A DNA stretch of 52,899 bases, counting the filler, from Squatina squatina (taxonomy: Eukaryota), in NCBI GenBank assembly GCA_031763465.1. It is 3 parts of 3 records of this genome, joined end to end, with 100 filler letters (N's around TTAATTAATTAA, not from the genome) between each part and the next. Parts side by side here need not be neighbours in the genome. Positions count along the whole stretch, not along the records: positions 15,562 to 38,801 come from JARFOE010000058.1; positions 38,902 to 52,899 come from JARFOE010000016.1; 1 more part is not named here. One strand, 5' to 3'. Made by a program: the position numbers and the translations under genes. Under the pieces are notes generated by a model. It worked only from the letters and a program-made list of their open reading frames with translations, was not told the origin of the DNA and did not search any database. Positions 37,062 to 50,900 of this stretch are shown one piece after another (the stretch's first letter is position 1; each line of letters opens with the position of its first letter).

Positions 37062-37968
37062 GTAACACTTGGGAGCGAGCTGTGAACTGAGCTGATGGTA
37101 GTCCTGGAAGAAATGGGGCCTGTTGGGGACTATTCCTCTTCTAACTAAGAAGATACAGTCACATGTTTCCTCATTCTTTAAAAAAAAACTGGATTTATAT
37201 CTTAATTGTTGGTCAATGGTTAATGAATAGATCAGTGTCGTGGTAACAAAGTGCTAGGAGTGCTCATATTCCAGTCAGCTGGCTGTGGATTTGAGTTCCA
37301 GGCCTGACACAACCGACTCATTTTTATTGGCTCTCAATCTAAATGGATCAGATTCTAACAGACAAGAAAACTGAAAGCCTGTCAACTGGAGAGGGACTCT
37401 GATCCTGCAGAGTTAATTTGGAGCCTTCCTATTGAAGAAAAAAAAAGACATTGTTGGGTGAGCGCTCCTTTTGGAGTAAACAAGGCTAGTTAAGTGTTGA
37501 CAGACATTGGATGTGACCCATCCTAATCCAACGTGACCAGTGCTGCCCCACAGTTCAGTGCCTCATTTCCAACCAGGGTTGCCACAGTCCCAGGTAACAT
37601 TATTTTGTTTGATAAAAAAACATTTAAGCTTCCTTCCTGATTGCTGNNNNNNNNNNNNNNNNNNNNNNNNNNNNNNNNNNNNNNNNNNNNNNNNNNNNNN
37701 NNNNNNNNNNNNNNNNNNNNNNNNNNNNNNNNNNNNNNNNNNNNNNTTCCCAGAATGCCTCCTGTTCTTTCCCAAATTCCTGCCTACATGTGCAATTACC
37801 CACTGAGCCTTTTGGGGGGAGGCCATCCCAGTGATCTTAAAATGAATTTTAAAAGTTTTGAATTTGTGATGATGAGGATATATGACACTAGATATTCTGC
37901 CCTTGACTATGAATGAAATGCCGTATGGTTACACTACAATATCTGATGGCTATCTTGGTGTTATATAG

Positions 37969-38152
37969 GGTGATAGCGGAACTGGTTTTCCGGGTACTAA
38001 AGGTCTCCCAGGCAATCCAGGCAGAAAGGGTCCCCCAGGTGAGAGGGGTGCACCAGGCATTGCATACCCAGGACCTCCAGGTTTACAAGGTCCCCCAGGT
38101 GATCCAGGATTTGCAGGAGTACCAGGACCGCCAGGTTTCCCAGGGTTACCAG
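37969..38152 (+). CDS. COL4A6: Collagen IV alpha-6 Gly-X-Y exon (184 bp)
   Basis: [61 protein letters not shown] aligns in register, interruptions included, with recalled human COL4A6 GDGGQGFPGEKGLPGLPGEKG. Acceptor atatAG, donor CAG|GTATGG. Confidence 0.82.
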
Positions 38153-38801
38153 GTATGGAATGAAATATCACCTGATCCATTTGTTTATATTCTTCTTGAG
38201 GAAATTCTGTTCGGTTGATGGGATGGAGCAACTGTATATACTGATGGCTTATCATCAATGAAATGGTCAAGTACCTTTTAAAATTTACATAGATTCCTTT
38301 GATAACACTCTGCTAGATGAAGCCGTAATGTTGGATGGTTAACAACATCAGACATGGATTCCATGTGAGTTTGTAGGGGGAAGGGTGCATCAATATAATT
38401 TATATCTGTGGTCTCTGAAGTGGTACTTGTGCGATGGTCGTAGGTTAGAGATTTAATGAGTTCTGTTATTCTCGTTACAATGTACAAAGTCTATGGAGTA
38501 CAATGGAAATTGAGTATGTTCCTGTTTAAGCTCCTTGCAATCCACCTGGAAGCCAGTAAACCTCATCTCTCTTGGTCCCGAGTGACAATGGCAGCCAGGC
38601 GCCAGGTTTTCCAGCAGCATGGGGCAGGCTGGTGCATAATGGTGCAGACGCCCACCAGCCCCACACAAAGGAGGTTTCCTCACATTTGGCAACGTCAGCA
38701 CTGGAGGTCACCGTAAGTGTGGTTTAAGACCATAAGACCATAAGAAATAGGAGCAGGAGTAGGCCATTCGGCCCGTCGAGCCCACTCCGCCATTCAATTG
38801 G

Positions 38802-38901
38802 NNNNNNNNNNNNNNNNNNNNNNNNNNNNNNNNNNNNNNNNNNNNTTAATTAATTAANNNNNNNNNNNNNNNNNNNNNNNNNNNNNNNNNNNNNNNNNNN
38901 N
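38802..38901. other. Artificial scaffold-join spacer (44N-TTAATTAATTAA-44N)
   Basis: Identical to 15462-15561. Confidence 0.95.
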
Positions 38902-39058
38902 CCTGGTAATCGCTTGCCGTAACAAAGCTCGGAATAGAGTGCTTGTTTCGGGAGTCTTGAGTCGGGCATGCGGACGAGGTGACCCGCCCATCGCAGCTGG
39001 TTGAGCGTGACCAGTGCCTCCATGCTGCGAATGTTAGCCTGAGAGAGGACACTGACAT
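38902..39058 (-). mobile_element. RTE LINE fragment
   Basis: Reverse complement encodes EALVTLNQLRWAGHLVRMPDSRLPKQALYSELCYGKRLP; homologous to ~17005-17150. Confidence 0.85.
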
Positions 39059-41929
39059 TATAAACGTTTTATAAACCCAACTAACAGACTGCACTGAATA
39101 TGGATTAGTAAAGATGTACAAGAGCGTATTGCTACTCTTAATTTTTATCCTTTGTTGACGAATAATAAGCTCTTTGTGTTAGCCTACATTTATCCTGCTT
39201 TGAATAGCAAATTAACCCTGTATTTACCTTTCAAGACACTTTACAGACATTTTTTCAAATGTCCCATTTTTGGGAAAGGTGCAGAAAATAAATATGCATT
39301 CGTGCTATGATCTTTAATCAAAATTAACTCACAATTATTTATCCTGGATCCTACCTAAATGTGGAGGTTTTCCAAATACATCAGAATTTTTCTCCACTTT
39401 GAAAATTTTCAATTGAGAGGAAAATAAACTCTAACAGCAAGTGTAGCAGTATTTCATTACTGTATAATTTTTCCTGAAGATCTGATGGTATCTATAAATT
39501 GATGAGTCCTTCTTTAAATTTTTGCAAACAATCAGCAATTCTTATGGCGTGTAGGGGTTAAATGTGTATATTCAGTTTAAGCACTGGGAACAGGATAGCA
39601 CTATGAACTTATGACCTCTGACCTGGAAAGGGTGGAGCTAAAGCTAGAAGGAAAGTGTGGAGAGCAGAAGTAGAAATCAGCTGTACTAAAAAAAAAACTA
39701 TTGAGTGGTCAATTGTGACTGGAGTAGGATTTATAGCTCTCTGGACCAATTCCAACTGTTACACTTGTAATGTTTCAATCATAAAACTATTTCCAAGGGT
39801 TAACTTCTTTGTGACCAGCCAGAAAACAGATTAAATTCAGCATGAACAAAGCACAAGAAAGAATGATGGTGTTATTTTATGCTGGGGATAGATCAGTAGA
39901 GCTTGCAGTGTTCTGAATCACTGCTCACATTGTAAAACCCACATGTGAGTTATGCCAAATGAGTATGAGTAAAATAGTTAGTTTAGTGGCCACTCCTATG
40001 AGACATAGAATGAAGTGAATCATAGCGATCGTTGCCTTTTCAAATTAACATGTTTAAATTAGGGACCTGGCTCTTCTTAGGATCTCAACTTTTTACCCCC
40101 TTGGCTTCAGGTTGTCTCTTCCTCAAATTCTACAGGCTTTTTAAGGTTGGCATCACCTAACCACTACTTCTTGGTTTGCATTGCCTTATTTTCTATCTTG
40201 TCATCCTCAGTTGTATCCTGCACTATGGGTGTNNNNNNNNNNNNNNNNNNNNNNNNNNNNNNNNNNNNNNNNNNNNNNNNNNNNNNNNNNNNNNNNNNNN
40301 NNNNNNNNNNNNNNNNNNNNNNNNNNNNNNNNATACATACTGGGGTTAACCAGCAGGCAAGAATTCTCCCAAAAACGTTTGGTAACCCACAGCTAAACCC
40401 CGATTACTGCACCAAGGCTGTAAAGAGCAGAAACTGAAATATCAACGTGTTGCCTGCTCTGAACAGCAGCGATACGAGCTGGATTGGCTTCTGTTGGCTA
40501 AAAAGAACAAGGGCAGTTTTCTGTTTGTTTAGAGCAAGAGGATTAGTGGAGCTTAAATATTCTCAATAGGTTAAGCATATGTTTATTGGGTAACAAAGCG
40601 ACTAGGGGTTAGTGTCTGATTACAGAAGGAGCAGATAGCTTGCAAAACTATCATAACATTTGAAGAGCCAAATATATGATCATTTTGGATATTGTAGTAA
40701 ACTCTGTTTGGAAATAACAAAAACCAAAGAGTTGGCAGTTCTGAATAAAAGTTCTGTAGTTACGTAAATTTTAAATCGAAATTCATGAGCCCTATGCGAA
40801 TAAATATTTCTTCATCGCTAACTGTGACTGATCGCACAAGTAACCAGGACCACTGGTTTTGACTTTCACAGGAAAAATGGACAGTATTGGAGAATGCAAT
40901 CCCCAAAGTGCTGGTAAAAATTCCAGAATCCCGTGTAATAAAAACACAATTTGATTCTTTCAGCCACCATAAACCAGTGGGCCTGATTATGGAAATAGCA
41001 GCCCCTTTGTGCATTATTGCCAAGGTTTTCGGCTTAAAGCGAAAAAGAGACAGAATTGCAGAATTTGATCCCCAAAACACTGGTAANNNNNNNNNNNNNN
41101 NNNNNNNNNNNNNNNNNNNNNNNNNNNNNNNNNNNNNNNNNNNNNNNNNNNNNNNNNNNNNNNNNNNNNNNNNNNNNNNNNNNNNNTAGTTTATGTCTTC
41201 CCAGAATGACTTTTATATCAAAATTTAGAGTTTTTCCAATTTAGTTTGAGAACTTTTCATGTAAATATTGTATGCTGCCTCTTAGCACAATTTATATTCT
41301 CCGTATTCATCAGTGTCACTTAAATGAATATTGGGAGCTCATAGAAAGTCCAACAATGAAAGGAATGTTTAAAATTCAAATAGCTTGTCTGTTAGCTTAT
41401 CAAATTGAAATCTTAAAGTATCTTACCTAACAGTAGATGGTGTTCGACCACAAACTCTTGGTTCATCTTTATTATGCTCCACCTCGGGTATTTAAGTTAT
41501 GTATGTGAGCTGTGGAATGCAGTGCATTCGATGAAGGTTTTTATTAGTTAATTGATAAATTGAAACACATGGGTGGCTGGGTAAACAGTGTTATATACAA
41601 GGAATGCAGTACATTGCACAGGGTTTTTTTTTATTGGATAATAGTTAATTTAAACCATCTGGTAGAATATAGTGAAGTTCATGGGAACCACCCTGCTGAA
41701 AGCCATTTTAGTGTCAGCAATGGAAATGATTACAAAGAAAGCAAATGAAATCAGTTGTGTAAATTCAGATTATGTAAAGGCTTATTAAGTCTATTGCTTA
41801 TGCAGCNNNNNNNNNNNNNNNNNNNNNNNNNNNNNNNNNNNNNNNNNNNNNNNNNNNNNNNNNNNNNNNNNNNNNNNNNNNNNNNNNNNNNNNNNNNNNN
41901 NNNNNNAGGTGTTCCAATCCAAAGCAAGA

Positions 41930-42728
41930 AGGTAAGCTTAGGGGAGTGGGGAAGAAGCACTCCTGCTCTTCCTGGTCCATAAGCAGTGCTGTAAAGGCAC
42001 TTACCTTCTCCCCGGAGCTCTCCTCGCCTCCCTTCAGCCGGCCAGGGTTAAAATCTGAGGCTGCCAGCCTCATTAAAATATTGAAATTGCCAACCCGCCT
42101 CCTGGGAGCAGGTGGCTGCTGCCCCCTGTCCATCCTCCGTTAAACCAGGAAGTGCTTGTGTTGGAGGCGGGTTGTGGTCGGGTTTGAGATTTTAAAAATT
42201 TTAACATCTCGCCCCACCCCAACCCAACTGTTTTTGGTGTTAAAATTCACCCCAATGGGTTTGGAATGGGGGGGAAATAAATCCCTGTGGGTGGGGGGAG
42301 GGGCCAATGGAGATAGGCTGGAAGAGGGTAGAAAGTCTTCTGTGGAGCCAGGAGGAGCATTCATTTGTAATGCCACAGCGATTCCGGCCGAGTTCTCTGA
42401 GCCGCCTGCAGCAGTCCCTGTTTAGGCTGCTCAACTCCTGGTACCAATGGGGAGGACATGGCACACAATCCACCCATTGTTACCTAAAATTATGATGGGT
42501 TTCTACAAATGGCGTAGGACCCCAATTGCATATTTAAAGTGCCACCTCCCACCACAATCCCCGGGCCCACGTGCAGCGAGTAGGTTACTCGCAGGTATCC
42601 AAATGCGCCTCGTTATAGCAGGAAGTGGGCACGTTGGAGCCGGGCTGCGGACGCGATCTAAAAATTACTTATTTTAACGACCTACTCACCCCCAACCCAC
42701 GCGTTCTTGGAGGTTTAAAATTCCCCCT
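41930..42728. mobile_element. Two adjacent or nested non-autonomous DNA-transposon ends of one family
   Basis: 42135-42253 and 42608-42728 share 'caggaagtg..gttggag.cggg...ttttaac...ccccaacccA...ttaaaatt(ca/cc)ccc'. Confidence 0.6.
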
Positions 42729-42985
42729 GTGCCAATATTCAAGATTAGATTGGATAGGTGGATGAAGGCAATGGAGTTAAAGGGGTATGGAGATAGGGGG
42801 GTAAATGTGATTGGAAGTATTTTAATGATGTGGAGGGTAAACTGGTGAACCAAATGATTTGTTTCCATGTTGTAACTTCTACGTCTATGTAGAACATCCA
42901 GGCTATCATTATGTAACAGGTAGAAGGGTACTACAAGGTAGTTTTTGTAAAAGGTAACATGAGAACTTACGTGACAGTATTTAAT

Positions 42986-43075
42986 GTTCTGATGAAGGGT
43001 CATCGACCCAAAACATTGACTCTGTTTTTCTCTGCTGCCTGACCTGCTGAGTTTTTCCAACATTTTTTGTTTGTA
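42986..43075 (+). mobile_element. Penelope-like remnant with a decayed hammerhead motif
   Basis: gttCTGATGAagggtcatcgacccAAAAcattgac: the core GAAA reads AAAA. Confidence 0.6.
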
Positions 43076-43844
43076 TTTAATATGGTGTTATTTGTTCCAA
43101 AGTTACACGTATACCCAGCATGATGTTTTGACAGCCATTTTCCACTGGAAGAACAGGCACATGAAAAGCAAAGTTACTTATCAAATAAACATACTTTTGA
43201 AACAAGCGTTCAGCAAAGTGCATAAGCATTTAACTTAATGGTGCTCAAGGGGCGCAAGAAGTGGGAAATAAGGACCAATTTACAAAGTCAGTTCTTTATT
43301 CCATGTATCAGGAGTAATGAGCTGAAGCCATAAGAGCCGCTCTTGCAGATGCTGATCCCTTTGGGAGTATATTGCCATCCCATTATATTACCTTAGTTTG
43401 TGTTGTGCTATATATTGCCTCCATATGCAGCTGATCTGCAGTTAATTTCTGTCATCAATAACATCTGTTGAATTTGCACTGCTCTCACAGGGATGAGCAT
43501 CATCGCATTTTAATCAAAAATATTAAAAGTACATTTGAATTTGAGCCAAATCCTGACTTTAAAATTGGTGCAAGTTACAAAGACTTTCCTGTCAATTATT
43601 GGTCATAAGCAGTTCCTCTGGGACCTACCATTCAACAGGACTTCAAACAGTTCACGGAAGATCAAAAAAAAAATGTTGGATGGACAATTTGAATGATATC
43701 ATGAAATTGCAACCAGTAGAAATGGTGATACACAACAGGGCTCTAAATATACGTAATCAACCCTTTCAGTGATTCTGCACAGAAACATCATTTAAGTATC
43801 AGAGATAATAATGTACATCAGAAAGGTTAAATTAGTTGTGGGGC

Positions 43845-44128
43845 CATGAACATAAGTTAGTCACCAATAAATCCAGTAGGGGATTCAGGAAAAAATTTCT
43901 TTACTCAGAGAGTGGCAAGAATGTGAAATTCTTTACCGCATGGAGTGGTTGAGGCGAATAGCACAGATACGTTTATAGGGAAGCTAGATAAACACATGAG
44001 GGAGAAAGGAATAGAAGGATATGTTGACAGGGTGAGATGAAGTAGGGTGGGAGGAGGCTCAGGTGGAGCACCGAGACCGGCATAGACCAGATGGGGCGAA
44101 TGGTCCGTAGCGGTGCTGTAAAATTCTA
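43845..44128 (+). mobile_element. CR1-type LINE 3' end
   Basis: 'ttctttactcagagagtggcaagaatgtg.aattc...ggagtggttgaggcgaatagc...aagctagataaacacatg' followed by a 3' UTR tail. Confidence 0.8.
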
Positions 44129-44449
44129 CGTAGGCTTCATTCTCTTTGAATGGAGCTTTGAAGGTTCTCTGGGAAAGTGCTTGCAGAAAATAAAGTACTT
44201 CCCGTTCTCCGTTGGTATCTTCAGGTATCTAGAGGAAGCAAGGGCTACATGAACTATCCCAGATATCAATGCAGTTGGAGTTCTCCCTCACCCCAAAATT
44301 GCAGTTAGAGAAATCACAAAATCAAACCTGTCAATATGCACCTCAGGAGTTGCAGACACGTATCCATGAATTGATATCAGACATAGCTGAACTTTGTACC
44401 TTGGAACTACTGTTGACAATTCCTCACCCTTCATATCTGCCTATTCCTT

Positions 44450-44900
44450 CTCCCTTTCTGTTCACTCTGTACATCAGTGATTTGGAAATGTGGCTAGTGG
44501 GAGTCCTGTCCAAACTTTCACATGATGCTAAAATAGTATGCTTAGTAAAGCAAGCTGCAAGGAGAGATTATTTATGGTGCAATGGGCAAAGTGGGCAAGT
44601 AACAGAAGAAAGTAAATGTCAGTTCAAAAAGGTAATAATTATGCTTTGGACGAGGGGGTGCTGGGTTACGTGAAAGAACCGAGGGATTTGTAGCTTCAGG
44701 TTCACAAACATTTAAAGTAGCATCTCCAGTGATTAAGGCCATAAAGAAAGCGAATGCAATATTGTTTTCTTTTGCAGGAGTATAGAATATAAAACTTGAG
44801 ATGTAATGGTGAATCTATATAAATGCTTAATAAAAGTGCAGTTGGAGCACTGTGCAGTTCTGAGCTTCTCACTATAGGAAGGATGTTGAGGTAATAGAGA
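44450..44900 (+). mobile_element. Decayed CR1 RT/ORF2
   Basis: LFTLYISDLE....LSKLSHDAKI (decayed FADD motif), then an LYKxLxxxxLEHCAxF motif. Confidence 0.65.
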
Positions 44901-47900
44901 GGGTATAGAAACATAGACAATAGGAGCAGGAGTAGGCCATTCAGCCCTTCGAGCCTGCTCTGCCATTCAATATGATCATGACTGATCCTCTATCTCATCN
45001 NNNNNNNNNNNNNNNNNNNNNNNNNNNNNNNNNNNNNNNNNNNNNNNNNNNNNNNNNNNNNNNNNNNNNNNNNNNNNNNNNNNNNNNNNNNNNNNNNNNA
45101 GACCGTTTAAAGGGTTGTTAACAAGATCATAATGATGTAAATTGCCTCCCCCGCTGCTGTGTGTCTGTTCTGTTCAGCCCTGACAGACCCGACATCTGGG
45201 AATGTAGCGTAGAAGCGGGTTCCTGACCCGGTCAAAAAACATTTTCCACCTGACTCGCCACCGCTGACCCCCTGAAAAATTCCTCCCTTTGTGTGGACAC
45301 CAAGGCAACCCAACAGCAGGCATTTTGTGAAGGAATACCTTTCCAGTGAAGTTGTGAAGATATTTCTTAGTCGCATCATGAATGAGGATAATCACATACG
45401 ATTAGCATCTCCAATTCATGATGTTGCTGGAGGAAACGCCGCACTATCACTGGAAAGTGATTCTGTTCCCTGACAGTATGTAAGATGGACATTGAATTAT
45501 AAATCACAGTAATCGGAGCTCCCTGAGATACACTGATGAGTATATAGATAGTTCCCTTCATAAGACTGTTCAGCAATTCAGTAGAATATCCATTTTATTT
45601 AACTACTTTAAGGAACTCCATTTTGGCACCATAATGGAGAGTTTGTAAAGCAAGGCCTGTTTCTGAAGCAGTCAGTCTGAAAGCTCCATTTCCCAGTTGC
45701 CAGATGTGTTATCAAGTATTGTGTAAGCTTCCGCAATACAGGTTAATTTTGTAGTGAAACCAGTCAGCCATAATCAGTGATACCATTGGCAGGAGTACTT
45801 TCAGCTGCCTGTGCCCTAAGCTCTGGAATTTCTTCCCCAGACCTTTCCGCCTCTCTACCTCCCTCCCCTCTTTTAACTGTCACTTTAAGGTAATTTTGAA
45901 GAGCAAATTGTATTCAATGAAGAATTAACTCCCTGATTGGTAGATATATTGTAGTTCCCAGTGAGATTACGAGAGAGGGATGATAAAACTACATTATAAT
46001 TTTAGCAGTAACTATAGCTGATGCTCACTTACACCAGTTAGCATCTTTCTCTGAGGAACTTTCCTGATTTCCTCTACCAGTACATTTGGTCAGTAAAGCT
46101 ATTAAAACTGGTAGAAATACTTAAATAAAGCCAATAAATGCTGGAAATGCTCAGCAGATCAGCCAGCATCTGAAAGAGAAAGATTAGCTAACATTTTGGA
46201 CTGGGCCTTTCAGGAGAATTCAGAGGCCTTGTGACATGAGTTGTTCTGGGTTGTTACCCATGAACTCATTCTTAAATTATTGTCCAGTTTGGATTTTGAT
46301 TATATCAGCACTTGGTAAATACCACCTGGTATAAAACAAGAATGGACAAGTACAGACCACAAAATACAATGGTGTATCCCAATGTTTGTGTGACTGGCTT
46401 AAAAACCTCTCCCAACTTATTTCTATGCATAAATGTTCCAAGTAGAATCCCACTGAAAATAACCAAGGGCAAATACATAGGTGTCAGAAACATTTTCACT
46501 GAGGCAGAAATCTTTTTGATTTTCTCCAGCTGTAGCTCTACAGTGGTGCACACTTCCTTACCAGGGGTTAATGCCTTTCTTCATGCCGGAGTCAAGTAAT
46601 GGACCTTTTTACAGTACAGAGTTGATAGCAGTTTCTTTTATAGAGTCAAAAGCAGTGCACCTGCCAAAATAAGCAATCTGTGCTGTTTCTCTCAGGGACA
46701 ACTCTCTCTCATAAATCATACAATTTCAAATAGCAGTTAAATGTGCTTCATAACATATATAAGCTATATTTATCAATGCAAGATAAAACAGGGTTTATCC
46801 AGTGTAAACACTAGGACCCAGTCTCTTGGAATTTTAGCTAAAACAGTATTGGCGTAAAAGCAGCTTCAGTCTATGCCTTGGCTGACTTCTCTGTGTTTGG
46901 TGGATTTTTCATTGTTATCTGCTGTTCTTTTTTAATTTAAATTCACTGATTGAAGTTACCTTTGTATGTCTGTATGCATTGCGTTAATTGATTGTCTTTG
47001 ATCTGTACTCATATCTTTTTTTTAAAACGCAGGTTTGGAATAAAACAGGGGCTGGGAAGACAACCTACTCCCAGGCCCTTCCACTAATGTGGCTCTTGAG
47101 CCCAGTAGTTAAATCAGAATTTGTTATGATGGTCCATTCAGTTCATCTTCTACTCTCCTTGTAGTTGCATGATACAACAATAATGGAGTTGTTGACTAAT
47201 CATAGCAATTAGTCTCTATTTACTCAGTCTACAAGAGACCCAGATATTAGGCGAGGAAAACCCCAGTGATGGAAAGTTTCGGGAACCGCAGTTCCTCCCA
47301 AGCATGCTGCACTTACCACGTCATATCTCATACTACTCATTTACTGAATACCAAAATAATATTTTCAAAAAAAAATTGATCTAATTTGCATTTGAATGAT
47401 TCAATACTAACTGCTTCCACCGTCAGCCTAGGGAGCCTGTTCCATAAGTTGAAGAAATAAATGGCAGCTTTCCCATTGGCTCAGTGATAAAGACACTGGC
47501 TCGAATTTCCACGGGTCTTTCCAGTGCAAGTATGCCGGGACAGCAGCAGGAAACTCAGGAACTGAGCTTTGTGCTGGCGTGTGCTCCGAATTTCCAGGGG
47601 AGTTTCCATCCACTCCAGCCTCCAGCTTGAACAACAGGTACTCCAGGAGGGAGAAGGCATAGCAGCCTTCCTCCTGGCATAAGTAGAGACCACCTTTAAA
47701 AATGCAGACTTATGCAAGTGCTGCCACAGAAAACCTGACAGGCTGCCCAGCACCACTTCCCCTGCCCCGCATTGCTCCAGCAGACACTTGAGATGTGTCA
47801 CAGAGGTAGGGACACCTACCGGTGTTATTTCAATTACGGAACCTACCCTTGATCCTGCAGACTCTGGCAGGATCAGGGGTGGTCTTTCCCAGTGGGTGGA

Positions 47901-50900
47901 TCCTAGTCCTTCTGTCAGATTTTTTGTGCCCACTGTCTATGATATGTACAGACCAAGAGGTTGGTTTCTAGAAAGGAAAATGATATGATGGTTTTAAAGA
48001 ACGTGTATTGGTTCCAGATGTGAAAGGAGATTGGTGACAACAGCAAGTGTGGGGAGAGGAGGTGGGGAGTGGGAGAATCACTGGGCAGACAGAGGAGATG
48101 AAATGTGTCAGAAAAAACAAAGGGTAGAATAAAGAGGCGTTTAAGGAAATTGGCTTTGGGGGGGCGAGATGGGTGGGGGAGGTCCCTNNNNNNNNNNNNN
48201 NNNNNNNNNNNNNNNNNNNNNNNNNNNNNNNNNNNNNNNNNNNNNNNNNNNNNNNNNNNNNNNNNNNNNNNNNNNNNNNNNNNNNNNTCAACACTAGGAC
48301 TACTGTAGACTGTTTGGCAAGTCCCCTTCACTTAACTCGCTCATAAATTGATCCTTCTACCACATGCGTGTCTGAGAGGAAAGTGGACTATTCATTTTCA
48401 TCTGTAACTCAAACGGCTCACAGTAGCTGCGCTCCAATAATTATTTCAATCTTGGGAGTGTGTTATAAAACGGAGTGAATTAGCATAGTTATCTGGTTCA
48501 AACTGACAATGGCCGGAATGTTAAATGGAGCCTTCTGCAGGGCGGCGGGAGGGAGAGGATTGAGCCAACACCAGCACAACTTTGAACTGGCTTAAATAGG
48601 GACCCCAAAGCCCAGTGGTGAAGTCATATAGCCTTCATTAAATTACTGACTTTTCTCTCCATTTAATTAACAGGAATGCTTCTCAGCTGTTTCTTATTCC
48701 TCTAGTCAGAGCATTCTGCACTTACTTATTCAGGCCACCTGGGTTGTTATGACATTTTTTTTCTCGACTAAGAAGTCTTGATGAATTATGTCACTGTGAC
48801 TGTGCAGTTCCAATATCGAGCANNNNNNNNNNNNNNNNNNNNNNNNNNNNNNNNNNNNNNNNNNNNNNNNNNNNNNNNNNNNNNNNNNNNNNNNNNNNNN
48901 NNNNNNNNNNNNNNNNNNNNNNAAATAAAAGGAGACAAATTCAAACTCAAGCTTAGATAAAAATGTTTCATTATCTTCTTAGAGGTCTTCATTTGATGCC
49001 TCCCTTGGTGGCCTGGCTGAGATTGTTAGCTGACTGTGTGGAGAATTTCAAGCACAGGTGTTCAACATGCCACTCCATGGCACCACGTTCTTTACCACCG
49101 TTGCCACCCTTTATTACTATTTTTGCACGGCTTGACATATAGGGGGCATTCTCGGGGCCAAGGAAACTTCGCTTGCTGCTATTATAAATGGTTAATTGCA
49201 TCAGTGTGTTAAAAAAACATGATTGTATTTTGCTGAGTTATTTCACAACAGTTTGATTCTGCGGCTAGTAGGGTGACACGGTCAGTGGGGAGAGCTGCAG
49301 AAACAGCTGCAAATTTCAGATGCGGAGGCATGTACTTTCAGCTCATGACTGTTGCAGATCTATTTATTTGTCAGCATTTACACCTCACATTTCGATATAA
49401 ATTGGCTGCAGATTCCTCTTGGATAAAAATTTGCAACTGTAGTATAAATGAGGCTAGTATCTAACAATGGCTGCAAACACCACAGCTCAGTTGGCTCGAA
49501 TGAGTCACCAGGTTTCCTGTTTCTAATCTGTGGTGAGCAATCAGCGCTGAAGCTCTTATTAAATGGTCCTATCGTTTCTGGAAGTCCATTTAAAAACAAA
49601 TCAAAATATTGCTCCCAAAATCTGACAGAAACCCACATATGCACCACTTTTTTTTTTGTTGCTTTAATTGTTCACATTTGTATTTTACCCAGATGGAAAC
49701 TCTTATTGGCCAAGGGAATAAATGGCAAAAATGTGAACAATCAGACATACCAGTTTATTTTTAGAACATCATAATGTGATAATTAAGGCCGATAGATTAA
49801 GAGAAATTCTGTTAAACTACCAATTCAGTCACAAATTAAATGAAAGCAATTGGCCAATAATTCACTGATGGAAATATATGAACTCCTTCGTGATCCAGGG
49901 CTGTTTCTCAGTATATTTAAAGCTTATATTGACAGCAATGGGAGCCATTTGCAATGTCATTTCATCCTATACACTAAGAGGTAGAAATTGGCTAAGCAAA
50001 AAGTTTAAGAGAGATNNNNNNNNNNAAAATTGACCAGTTTTGTCATGGGAGGCGAGTTCGGAAGGCACAAATAGTCCACTATAGGCACAACGCGCTGAGA
50101 GGTGCCTCTGGCCCCGGAGGTGCTACGCTACCTTGACATTGCATGGGTCTCACATCGACTGATGTAGATGACCTCCGAAAGAAGAAAGGAGTGCCGAGTG
50201 CAGGACATCGTTGCTGTCTCAAGAACTTTGCAACAGATTGAATGCAATCACACCACTCTCTCACAACACTTTTAAGGAAAGGCGATCAGAAAACCCTCCG
50301 GGGAGAAGGCCTCCTTCAAGGACATCTGAGGCCACTCCAGGAGAAAAGACCAGATTGCATCTGATAAATCGCTGAACTCGATCAAGCCAGACTGTAGAAG
50401 CTGAGACATGAGTCAATGCTGGAGATCATGACAATCACCCCTCAATGCAATAACCTCTTGCACCTGATTCGGACGGTTGTTCAATCACTCGGCCACTTTC
50501 TGAATTGTCTGAAATTTATGTTCTCACCACCTCATTGTNNNNNNNNNNNNNNNNNNNNNNNNNNNNNNNNNNNNNNNNNNNNNNNNNNNNNNNNNNNNNN
50601 NNNNNNNNNNNNNNNNNNNNNNNNNNNNNNNNNNNNNNTGGTAGACATAGTGGGGAAAGAATTGCTGCGGTCGATATGTGAATGCATCCGTGAAGCGTTG
50701 CTCTGGTTGATAGATCTAAGTCGTAAATCTGTTCCTTTTGCTACCCATTGACGGTGAAGTTACAGTACACAGTGTGCACAAAGTGAATGATTTTATGCAG
50801 GATCTGAGCGAATTGAGGTTGAATTTTTGCAATCATTGTAATGCAGGAATATTGGACTCCTGACAAATGGACCTCACAATGAATCCCAATCTTGTTTAGT

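Noticed and set aside
37913-38270. ORFs 37913..38218 (+), 37950..38270 (-) and 21137..21382 (+)
   Set aside because: Alternative-frame or antisense shadows of Gly-X-Y exons.
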